Of a stretch of 64,000 nt of DNA, positions 1 to 7,230 are shown piece by piece. Source of the stretch: a bacterium. GTDB lineage: Bacteria > Verrucomicrobiota > Verrucomicrobiia > Chthoniobacterales > UBA6821. The stretch spans positions 103,229 through 167,228 of the forward strand of contig JAJZSL010000003.1 of assembly GCA_021849805.1 (NCBI GenBank), in the 5' to 3' direction. The notes beneath the pieces are model-generated. The model was not told where the DNA came from, searched no databases, and worked only from the letters and a program-made list of their open reading frames with translations. The position numbers were made by a program, and so were the translations under genes. Positions within the stretch are counted from its first letter, which is position 1, and each line of letters starts with the position of its first letter.

Positions 1-1
1 G

Positions 2-1249
2 AATTTCTCTCTTGCCTCTCTTGCTGCTGCTGCTTGGAGTGCTCTGGAATGGCTTCGTGGGACTCTCTTCACAGGCTTTGGTTGGAATTCTTTTGGAGTT
101 GCTTTTCACCACACTCTTCCATTCATTCAAATAGCTGACATTACTGGAGTCAGTGGAGTCTCTTTCCTAGGGGTGCTCTTTGGATGTATGCTGGCTTTGA
201 GCTGGAGAGATGTTCTGCAAAAAAAAAAGATACAGCAGCTTGAGTGTATAAGGCTCAAGAGTGATTGGATCGTAACACTTTTCCTTCTTCTTGCTCTCAT
301 GGTTTATGGGATGCATGAGCTCAGCGCACCCGATCCTAGTGAGAGAACACTTCGCATAGCTGCTATTGAAGGAAATATTCCACAAGATCACAAATGGGAT
401 CGTCTCTTTGAACAATCGATTATGGAGATCTACACGCGCCACTCGGAAGTAGCTCTTGCCTTGCATCCTGATCTCGTTGTTTGGCCAGAAGCAGCAACGC
501 CAAAGCCTCTGCTCTATCATCAAGAAACCTTCTCACGCGTTCAGACCCTCTTAAAAAAAGGAAATGCTGATTTCCTAATTGGATCACTCCAGTATGAGAA
601 TAATCCTCAAAAAGATTACAATGCAGCTATTTTGCTACGTCCTAGAGCAATTCCAGGAATGTCTAATATTGATTATTATGCCAAGATTCATCTGGTTCCC
701 TTTGGGGAATATATTCCTTTTCGCAAAAGTTTTCCGTTCTTTGCTTGGATGGTTGGAAATCGTATCTTAGGCGATTTTGATGCAGGTCCAGGCCCCAAGC
801 TCTTCTTGCTCTCGCATCAAAATATTAAAGTCGCTCCTCTCCTTTGTTTTGAAGATACCATAGGTGATCTGGTGAGAAGATTTGCTCAACTGAGAGCCCA
901 AGCTCTCATTAATTTAACCAACGATGGATGGTTTAACCACTCTGCAGCTTCCAAGCAACATCAGATCAATGCTCTTTTCCGCTCTGTGGAAACAAAACTT
1001 CCCCTGCTTCGTGTTGCCAATACTGGCGTGACGTGCCTCATTGATCGTTTTGGTCGTCTCATTAGTCAGCTTGATGATGGTCATGGGAATACTTTTATTG
1101 AAGGCGTGATGATGGAGGACTGGAGAATCCCGGTCGATCCAACACTCACTTTTTACACGCAGCATGGTGATGTTTTTGCCCAAAGCTGCTTGGCACTCAC
1201 GCTACTGAGTCTCCTCTTTTTTGTTCTCCGAAGAATAAAAAAAAATTAA
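2..1249 (+). CDS. lnt: Apolipoprotein N-acyltransferase, 5' end cut by window edge
   Basis: The frame of ORF 173..1249 stays open back to nt 2 (NFSLASLAAAAWSALEWLRGTLFTGFGWNSFGVAF...), matching the Lnt membrane domain. The C-terminal CN-hydrolase domain has DLVVWPEAA, HLVPFGEYIPF, LLCFED and NLTNDGWF motifs. Confidence 0.9.
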   Translation, partial: NFSLASLAAAAWSALEWLRGTLFTGFGWNSFGVAFHHTLPFIQIADITGVSGVSFLGVLFGCMLALSWRDVLQKKKIQQLECIRLKSDWIVTLFLLLALMVYGMHELSAPDPSERTLRIAAIEGNIPQDHKWDRLFEQSIMEIYTRHSEVALALHPDLVVWPEAATPKPLLYHQETFSRVQTLLKKGNADFLIGSLQYENNPQKDYNAAILLRPRAIPGMSNIDYYAKIHLVPFGEYIPFRKSFPFFAWMVGNRILGDFDAGPGPKLFLLSHQNIKVAPLLCFEDTIGDLVRRFAQLRAQALINLTNDGWFNHSAASKQHQINALFRSVETKLPLLRVANTGVTCLIDRFGRLISQLDDGHGNTFIEGVMMEDWRIPVDPTLTFYTQHGDVFAQSCLALTLLSLLFFVLRRIKKN

Positions 1250-1250
1250 C

Positions 1251-1270
1251 TTTATGCAGATTTATGCAGA
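1251..1270. repeat. Perfect tandem duplication of the 10-mer TTTATGCAGA, directly after the lnt stop
   Basis: Read directly: tttatgcaga tttatgcaga at 1251-1260 and 1261-1270. Confidence 0.95.
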
Positions 1271-1314
1271 ATTCACCCTGCTCTAGAAGGAAGATAGAAC
1301 GACACATACTTGAG

Positions 1315-1329
1315 TTTTTTTTTTTTTTT
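1315..1329 (+). repeat. Homopolymeric T15 tract 14 nt upstream of the hicB-like start codon
   Basis: Read directly: 15 consecutive T from 1315 to 1329; the ATG is at 1344. Confidence 0.95.
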
Positions 1330-1343
1330 GATACCTTCAAAAA

Positions 1344-1535
1344 ATGAAAAAAGTAGGATTTAATTATTGGAAAGAAGATAACTTTTGGATCGGTTATCTC
1401 GATGAATGGCCTGAATACTTGACTCAAGGAGATTCCCTGGAAGATCTCAAGGTGCATCTTCGAGATCTTTTTGAAGACCTCTCTTCAGAAAAAATTCCAA
1501 ATGCTCGTTCTCATGCCGAACTAGAAGTTGCGTGA
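1344..1535 (+). CDS. HicB-like (UPF0150-type, short form) antitoxin
   Basis: 63 aa. The pattern WKEDNFWIGYLDEWPEYLTQGDSLEDLKVHLRDLFEDL is typical of short HicB-like antitoxins. Its stop overlaps the GTG start of the HicA-like gene by 4 nt (GTGA). Confidence 0.6.
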   Translation: MKKVGFNYWKEDNFWIGYLDEWPEYLTQGDSLEDLKVHLRDLFEDLSSEKIPNARSHAELEVA

Positions 1536-1717
1536 AACAGCGAGATCTTATCAAAAAAATTACGCAGGAGGGTGCTATTCTCCTACGACATGGAGGAAAT
1601 CATGATTGGTATCGCAATCCCCTAAGCGGTGTTAGTCAACCAGTTCCTCGTCATCGTGAAATTCATCAGTTCTTGGCACAACATATTATTCGTAAGCTTG
1701 GTAAGAATTCAAAATAA
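1532..1717 (+). CDS. hicA: HicA-family (YcfA-like) mRNA interferase toxin
   Basis: 61 aa. [27 protein letters not shown]...PVPRHREI...IIRKLG parallels E. coli HicA as I recall it (GSNH ... PRHP..EI ... KQLG). It is translationally coupled to the upstream ORF. Confidence 0.75.
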   Translation: MKQRDLIKKITQEGAILLRHGGNHDWYRNPLSGVSQPVPRHREIHQFLAQHIIRKLGKNSK

Positions 1718-1719
1718 TC

Positions 1720-1739
1720 AGTTGTTTCTTTCAACAACT
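1720..1739 (+). terminator. Hairpin immediately after the hicA stop (7-bp stem AGTTGTT/AACAACT, 6-nt loop), no U-tract
   Basis: Inverted repeat read directly at 1720-1726 and 1733-1739. The stem is AT-rich and no T run follows, so terminator function is uncertain. Confidence 0.25.
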
Positions 1740-1776
1740 TCGTGTAAAGCAATGCACCGCCATTTATCAAAATCCT

Positions 1777-3846
1777 ATGTTTAACTTCATTCAATTACTT
1801 TCTGACAACGGTGCTACACTTGCCATGATCTGCGGATCGCTGGGTATTCTTGTAGCCCTGTTTCTCATCAACTTGATTCTCAAAGCTCCTGCTGGCACCA
1901 AAAAAATGGAAGTGATTGCTGCTGCTATTCAAGAAGGAGCCAAAGCATATCTCAATCGGCAAATCACAGCGATTTCAATGATTGCTGTCCTTATTGGTGT
2001 TGCTCTTTTCTATTTCAAGGGAGAAATAACACTTCTTGGTTTCATTGTTGGAGCTTTCTGCTCTCTAGCTGCTGGGTATGTTGGCATGCGTATTGCTGTT
2101 ATTGCCAATCTTCGGACAGCTGCTGGTGCTCTTCTCTCCCGTCATCGCGCTATGAGGATGGCTTTTAGTGGAGGAGCTGTGACGGGATTACTTGTTGTTG
2201 GTCTCGCTCTTCTTTCTGTCGGTGGATTTTTCCTTGCCGCTTGTCATTTTCTAGGAGAAGCCGAAGCCGTTAATAGTCTTGTTGGATTAGCGCTAGGAGC
2301 TAGTTTGATTAGTGTTTTTGCTCGTCTGGGAGGTGGCATTTACACGAAGGCTGCTGATGTGGGAGCGGATCTTGTCGGTAAGATTGAGCAAAATCTCGAT
2401 GAAGATGATCCTCGTAACCCAGCAACAATTGCTGATAACGTTGGTGATAATGTAGGTGATTGTGCAGGAATGGCTGCTGATGTTTTTGAAACCTACGCTG
2501 TTAGCCTTATTGGAGCTATTTTTGTTGGTTTCCTTTTGTTTAAAGGGACGCCAGCTGCTGTGCTCTATCCTTTTGTTCTCGGTGGCATCTCCGTTCTCGG
2601 CTCTATTCTGGCTATTCTCTATGTCAATGCTTCTAAGAAAAAGCCAGCAGCAGCACTCATCAGTGCTGTTGTGCTTAATGTGCTTTTCTCAGCAGTTCTT
2701 TTTTATCCAGCTACTCAAGCTCTTTTCCCAACAGCGATTCAATCTTCTGGGAGCATGATTACTGCCAATGGTCTCTATGCTGCTGCGCTCATTGGTCTGG
2801 TGATGACAGCTATTATTGTTCTGATCACTAATTATTTCACCTCAACGCACTATGAACCCGTACGCCGCATTGCGCGTGCTTCTGAAACAGGCCATGGTAC
2901 TAATATTATTGCTGGTATCGCTGTTGGGAATCACGCAACGGTACTTCCTGCTATTTTCATTATTGCTGCTATTCTAGGAAGCTTTCAACTTGCTGGTCTC
3001 TATGGGGTAGCTGTCGCTGTGATGAGCATGCTCTCACTCTCAGGTATTATCATTTCGCTCGATGCGTTTGGTCCTATTACTGACAATGCAGGCGGAATCG
3101 CAGTCATGAGTGAATCTCCTAAATCTGCTCGTGAAATCACCGATGAACTTGATGCCGTTGGAAACACCATGAAAGCGGTGACCAAGGGATATGCCATTGC
3201 TTCTGCAGGATTAGCAGCACTTGTGCTCTTTGGCTCTTACGTTGAAGAACTCAAGAATCATATGATCAGTTCGGTAGCTTTGAATTTCTCGCTTTCCGAT
3301 CCACGCGTGATTGCCGGTTTACTCCTTGGAGGATTACTTCCTTTTGTTTTTTCGGCCTTTAGTATTGATGCTGTAGGCAAGGCTGCTGGCGCTGTGGTAT
3401 TAGAAGTTCGTCGTCAATTGCAACTACATCCTGGGATTCTTACTGGCAAAGATACCCCCGAGTATGGCCATTGTGTTGATATTGTGACCAAGGCAGCACT
3501 CCGTGAAATGGTTGCTCCCGCTCTTCTTCCTCTTCTAGTGGTCCTTGGTGTTGGATTCATTCCATGGTTAGGAGCTCTTGCCTTGGGAGGAGTGCTCGTT
3601 GGAACAATTGTAACGGGGTTGTTTCTAGCTATTTCGATGACTTCCAGTGGAGGTGCTTGGGACAATGCTAAAAAATATATTGAAGAAGGAAATCATGGTG
3701 GAAAAGGCTCCTCAGCTCACTCAGCAGCAGTGACGGGAGACACAGTTGGTGATCCATACAAGGATACAGCAGGACCTGCCATCAATCCAATGATCAAGGT
3801 CGTGAACATTGTTGCTATCCTCATTGTTCCTTTACTTTTCAAGTAA
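1777..3846 (+). CDS. hppA: Membrane-bound proton-translocating pyrophosphatase
   Basis: 689 aa and polytopic. Signature motifs are [49 protein letters not shown] and DTVGDPYKD. Confidence 0.95.
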   Translation: MFNFIQLLSDNGATLAMICGSLGILVALFLINLILKAPAGTKKMEVIAAAIQEGAKAYLNRQITAISMIAVLIGVALFYFKGEITLLGFIVGAFCSLAAGYVGMRIAVIANLRTAAGALLSRHRAMRMAFSGGAVTGLLVVGLALLSVGGFFLAACHFLGEAEAVNSLVGLALGASLISVFARLGGGIYTKAADVGADLVGKIEQNLDEDDPRNPATIADNVGDNVGDCAGMAADVFETYAVSLIGAIFVGFLLFKGTPAAVLYPFVLGGISVLGSILAILYVNASKKKPAAALISAVVLNVLFSAVLFYPATQALFPTAIQSSGSMITANGLYAAALIGLVMTAIIVLITNYFTSTHYEPVRRIARASETGHGTNIIAGIAVGNHATVLPAIFIIAAILGSFQLAGLYGVAVAVMSMLSLSGIIISLDAFGPITDNAGGIAVMSESPKSAREITDELDAVGNTMKAVTKGYAIASAGLAALVLFGSYVEELKNHMISSVALNFSLSDPRVIAGLLLGGLLPFVFSAFSIDAVGKAAGAVVLEVRRQLQLHPGILTGKDTPEYGHCVDIVTKAALREMVAPALLPLLVVLGVGFIPWLGALALGGVLVGTIVTGLFLAISMTSSGGAWDNAKKYIEEGNHGGKGSSAHSAAVTGDTVGDPYKDTAGPAINPMIKVVNIVAILIVPLLFK

Positions 3847-3986
3847 TCTTTTAAATACTAGAGGCTTCTTTCTTCTCACCTTGTTTCAAAGGAAGAGCTT
3901 TTTCTATTTTTTTAGAGAGAGATTTTCTTAAAAATGGGAGCAATCCCTCTAGCAGCCATCATGAGGAGTTTCACTTTTCTTGATTT

Positions 3987-4370
3987 TTGCTTGGGCCTTG
4001 GTTGTTCTTTGAGTATCCTTTTCCCTCTGTGAATACTCCCCTACCTCATGTTGCTGTTGTTGGAGGGGAACTAGCCATCGCCTGGAGTAATGGAGAAGAG
4101 TACTATTTCTCGTTAGCTTCTCTGCGTGAAGCCTGTCCTTGTGCCTTATGTTGCGGTGAGCCAGATGTGATGGGCCATCGATCTTCATTAGAGCGAGAGC
4201 GTTTTTCTCCAGAGAGCTTTCTATTAAAAAAATACCAATGGGTAGGCGGATATGCCTTGCAATTTTTCTGGAGTGATGGGCACAACAGTGGGATCTATTC
4301 CTTGGAGTATTTGAGAACATTGCATCAGCGCGGTTGCTCTACTCAAATTTCCAGAAGCCATAAAGCGTGA
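3987..4370 (+). CDS. DUF971 family protein (gamma-butyrobetaine hydroxylase-like N-terminal domain)
   Basis: LAIAWSNGEEYYFSLASLREACPCALCCGE ... FFWSDGHNSGIYSLEYLR fits the DUF971 pattern. The exact start is uncertain. Confidence 0.6.
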   Translation: MLGPWLFFEYPFPSVNTPLPHVAVVGGELAIAWSNGEEYYFSLASLREACPCALCCGEPDVMGHRSSLERERFSPESFLLKKYQWVGGYALQFFWSDGHNSGIYSLEYLRTLHQRGCSTQISRSHKA

Positions 4371-5602
4371 ACTCCTGCTTTCAAAAACATCCCCTTGCTC
4401 CAATGACAACAACAGGTATTTCCCAGCAGCAGCGCCGTCTGATTATTTTCATTCTTGGACTTCTCAGTGCTGTTAATCCTCTCTCCATGGACATGTACTT
4501 ACCAGCTTTTGAGCAAATTGCTCATGCACTTGGAACCACTGTAGCAAGCCTTTCCTTCACGGTTTCCAGTTATTTTGTGGGTATTGGGGTGGGGCAAATC
4601 ATCTATGGACCACTTCTCGATCGTTTTGGTCGCAAGAAGCCTCTCTACTTTGGCCTTTCACTCTACATTGTAGCTTCGATTGGCTCTCTCTTCTCGCATC
4701 ATTTATGGCATCTGCTGCTATGGCGCTTTATTAGTGCCGCAGGTGGTTGCGTCGCTTCTGTCATGAGTATGGCCATGGTGCGTGATTTATTTGAAGAGAA
4801 AGAGAGAGCTCGTATCTTCTCCTTCCTCATGCTGGTACTCGGTATTTCACCTCTACTGGCGCCAACAGTTGGAAGTTTTGCTGCTATGCATATCGGATGG
4901 TATGGCTCTTTTCTTATCTTAATTTTTCTTGTTGGCATGATGATGCTCTTGGCCAGGTGGATCCTTCCAGAGAGTCATGGAGGAGATCTTTCTGTTGAGT
5001 TAACCCCCAGCTCCATAGCACGTGATTATGGAGTTGTTGCACGAGAAGCTCCTTTTTTGAGTTATGCTGTTATTGGAGGAGCTTCTTTTGCGTCACTCTT
5101 TGCTTTTATTGCTGCTTCTCCACTGCTGCTTTTCACTTTTTTTAAGGTGAGTATTTATGGATATGGATTACTCTTTACGGCTCTTGCTGCAGGCTATATC
5201 AGCGGAAGTCAAGTGAGTCTCTGGCTTTTGCGCCGTCGCTCCAGTAAGCAAGTATTACGCTTAGCAGTGAGGATGCAAATAGGGAGCACGTTGCTCTTGC
5301 TCCTTCTTACTGCACTATCTTGGATTTCTCTCCCCATTGTTTTCTGCTTGCTTTTTCTTATGCTTCTGGCCGTAGGTTGCGCCGCTCCCAATGCAGCAGG
5401 CTTGGCCATTGCTCCCTTTGCAGCAAATGCAGGACGAGCTTCAGCACTTTATAGTACTGTTCAGATTCTCCTTGGAACAATGGCCTCCCTCTCCATAGGG
5501 TTCCTCGATATCAAAACGATCTTTCCTATTGCTTGTGTTTTTGCTCTTCCTGCACTCATTGCGGAGCTGCTCTTGATCTTAAGAGAACATTGCTCCTCCT
5601 AG
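4367..5602 (+). CDS. MFS transporter, Bcr/CflA drug-resistance subfamily
   Basis: About 12 TM segments. The N-terminal motif is PLSMDMYLPAFEQIAHALG...GQIIYGPLLDRFGRKKPL. The true start is probably the internal Met at 4403 (MTTTGISQQQRR). Confidence 0.75.
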   Translation: MNSCFQKHPLAPMTTTGISQQQRRLIIFILGLLSAVNPLSMDMYLPAFEQIAHALGTTVASLSFTVSSYFVGIGVGQIIYGPLLDRFGRKKPLYFGLSLYIVASIGSLFSHHLWHLLLWRFISAAGGCVASVMSMAMVRDLFEEKERARIFSFLMLVLGISPLLAPTVGSFAAMHIGWYGSFLILIFLVGMMMLLARWILPESHGGDLSVELTPSSIARDYGVVAREAPFLSYAVIGGASFASLFAFIAASPLLLFTFFKVSIYGYGLLFTALAAGYISGSQVSLWLLRRRSSKQVLRLAVRMQIGSTLLLLLLTALSWISLPIVFCLLFLMLLAVGCAAPNAAGLAIAPFAANAGRASALYSTVQILLGTMASLSIGFLDIKTIFPIACVFALPALIAELLLILREHCSS

Positions 5603-5691
5603 CTGCTCTTCTTACTCTTCCTTAGTACTCTAGCTCTACTGAAAATCTTCTCTTCCAATTTTTCTCCTCTTGCCTTAGAAAGTATCTTTTT

Positions 5692-6612
5692 ATGGAACAA
5701 GTCATCATCATTGGTACTGGCTGCGCTGGCCTAACAGCAGCTATCTACAGCGCAAGAGCTAATCTCTCTCCTCTGGTCATCGAAGGAAATCAGCCAGGAG
5801 GACAGCTCACTACCACCACGGAGGTGGAGAACTTTCCTGGCTTTCCTCAGGGAATCGATGGCCCAGAGCTCATCATGCGCATGCATGAGCAAGCAGAGCG
5901 CTTTGGAGCACGCTTTCTCTATGGGAGTGTGGAGGAATTTGATCATCGTGATGGAATCAATTGGATTAAGGTTGATGGGAACTGGCTTCAGACTAGGGCT
6001 CTCATCATTGCTTCTGGTGCTTCAGCACGTTGGTTGGGGCTTCCAGGAGAGAAGGAGCTCATTGGTCATGGACTGACTTCCTGTGCCACTTGTGATGGAG
6101 CTTTTTATAAAAATGTTCCTGTCTGCGTGGTGGGAGGAGGCGACTCTGCCTGCGAAGAGGCTCTCTTCTTGACTCGGTTTGCTTCCACGGTCTACCTCAT
6201 TCACCGCCGAGACACCTTACGTGCTTCCAAGATCATGGCGGATCGAGCGCTTGCGCACCCAAAGATCACGCCCCTTTGGAACACGACCCTTGCCAGTTAT
6301 CTCACCGACGAGGAGAAGAAAGTACGTGGAGTTGTGCTCCAAGATTTAGTTTCTGGCGAACAACGTGAGCTGGAAGTCAAATGTGTCTTTGTGGCTATTG
6401 GACATGATGCCAATAGTGGACCATTTGCTGGCAAATTGGATATTGATAAAAAAGGATATCTTCTCCCAAAAAGAGGGGTGGAAATGAATCTTCCTGGTGT
6501 CTTTGCTGCAGGAGATGTCGCTGATCAAATTTATCGTCAGGCCATTACTGCTGCGGGCCAAGGCTGTGCTGCAGCAATCTCCGCAGAGAGGTGGCTTGCA
6601 GAACAGTCATAG
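5692..6612 (+). CDS. trxB: Thioredoxin-disulfide reductase
   Basis: 306 aa with GTGCAGLTAAIY (FAD), redox-active CATCDG, GGGDSACEEA (NADPH) and GVFAAGDV. Confidence 0.92.
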   Translation: MEQVIIIGTGCAGLTAAIYSARANLSPLVIEGNQPGGQLTTTTEVENFPGFPQGIDGPELIMRMHEQAERFGARFLYGSVEEFDHRDGINWIKVDGNWLQTRALIIASGASARWLGLPGEKELIGHGLTSCATCDGAFYKNVPVCVVGGGDSACEEALFLTRFASTVYLIHRRDTLRASKIMADRALAHPKITPLWNTTLASYLTDEEKKVRGVVLQDLVSGEQRELEVKCVFVAIGHDANSGPFAGKLDIDKKGYLLPKRGVEMNLPGVFAAGDVADQIYRQAITAAGQGCAAAISAERWLAEQS

Positions 6613-6638
6613 AAGATCCGTGATCAATATTAAAAACT

Positions 6639-6668
6639 CGAACCCATAACACGCGAACCCATATTACG
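6639..6668 (+). repeat. Tandem 15-bp direct repeat CGAACCCATA[AC/TT]ACG x2, 15 nt upstream of the chaperone ATG
   Basis: Read directly: cgaacccataacacg (6639-6653) and cgaacccatattacg (6654-6668), 13 of 15 identical. Confidence 0.9.
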
Positions 6669-6682
6669 AAACATTTAATTTT

Positions 6683-7222
6683 ATGGACGAACTACAAGAA
6701 GAACAAGCCGAGGCACTCGTGGAATCATTAGGAAGAGAGCTCCATCTTGATCGTTTGATCTTCGATGATGATGATCATAGTTGTTCCGTGCAACTTGATG
6801 AAGAAAACCTTATCACGCTCACTTGGGTGGAGGATGGTTCCATGATTCTCCTAGATGAACTGATCATCACCCTCTCCTTGCAGGAGCGAGAAGATCGCCA
6901 AGATCTGGTTGAAAAAATGCTCGAGGCAAATGTCTTTTGGATGGGAAGCAGAGGAGCAACCCTGAGCATGCACTCCGAGAGTGGGGTAGTGATCGCAGCA
7001 CGTCAGCTCCCGGTGTATCGCCGTGAGGGCTCGATGATCCAGGCCAGTGAGCTAGCAGCAGCCATTCGTAATTTTGCTGATGTCGCCTCGCAGTGGCGCT
7101 CGCTTCTCAAAACCGGAGAGACTGCGATTTCTTCTCTTCCTCCACTATCAACTCCCAAAGAAGTTCTCACTAGAGAAACCATGGGTAGAGAACTCATCGA
7201 TGACCCCGAAGTACTTGCTTAG
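6683..7222 (+). CDS. Class I type III secretion chaperone (CesT/SycE/Tir-chaperone-like)
   Basis: 179 aa and strongly acidic. The profile-like pattern is LVESLGRELHLDRLIFDDDDHSCSVQLDEENLITL ... LVEKMLEANVFWMGSRGATLSMHSESGVVIAARQLP ... FADVASQWRSLL. It lies 8 nt upstream of a large effector-like ORF on the same strand. Confidence 0.65.
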   Translation: MDELQEEQAEALVESLGRELHLDRLIFDDDDHSCSVQLDEENLITLTWVEDGSMILLDELIITLSLQEREDRQDLVEKMLEANVFWMGSRGATLSMHSESGVVIAARQLPVYRREGSMIQASELAAAIRNFADVASQWRSLLKTGETAISSLPPLSTPKEVLTRETMGRELIDDPEVLA

Positions 7223-7230
7223 GTAACATC

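Noticed and set aside
219-228. A10 homopolymer inside lnt (encoding KKK) as a possible phase-variation site.
   Set aside because: The reading frame is intact on both sides, and such runs are common in this AT-leaning genome. Nothing suggests regulated slippage in an essential lipoprotein-maturation gene.
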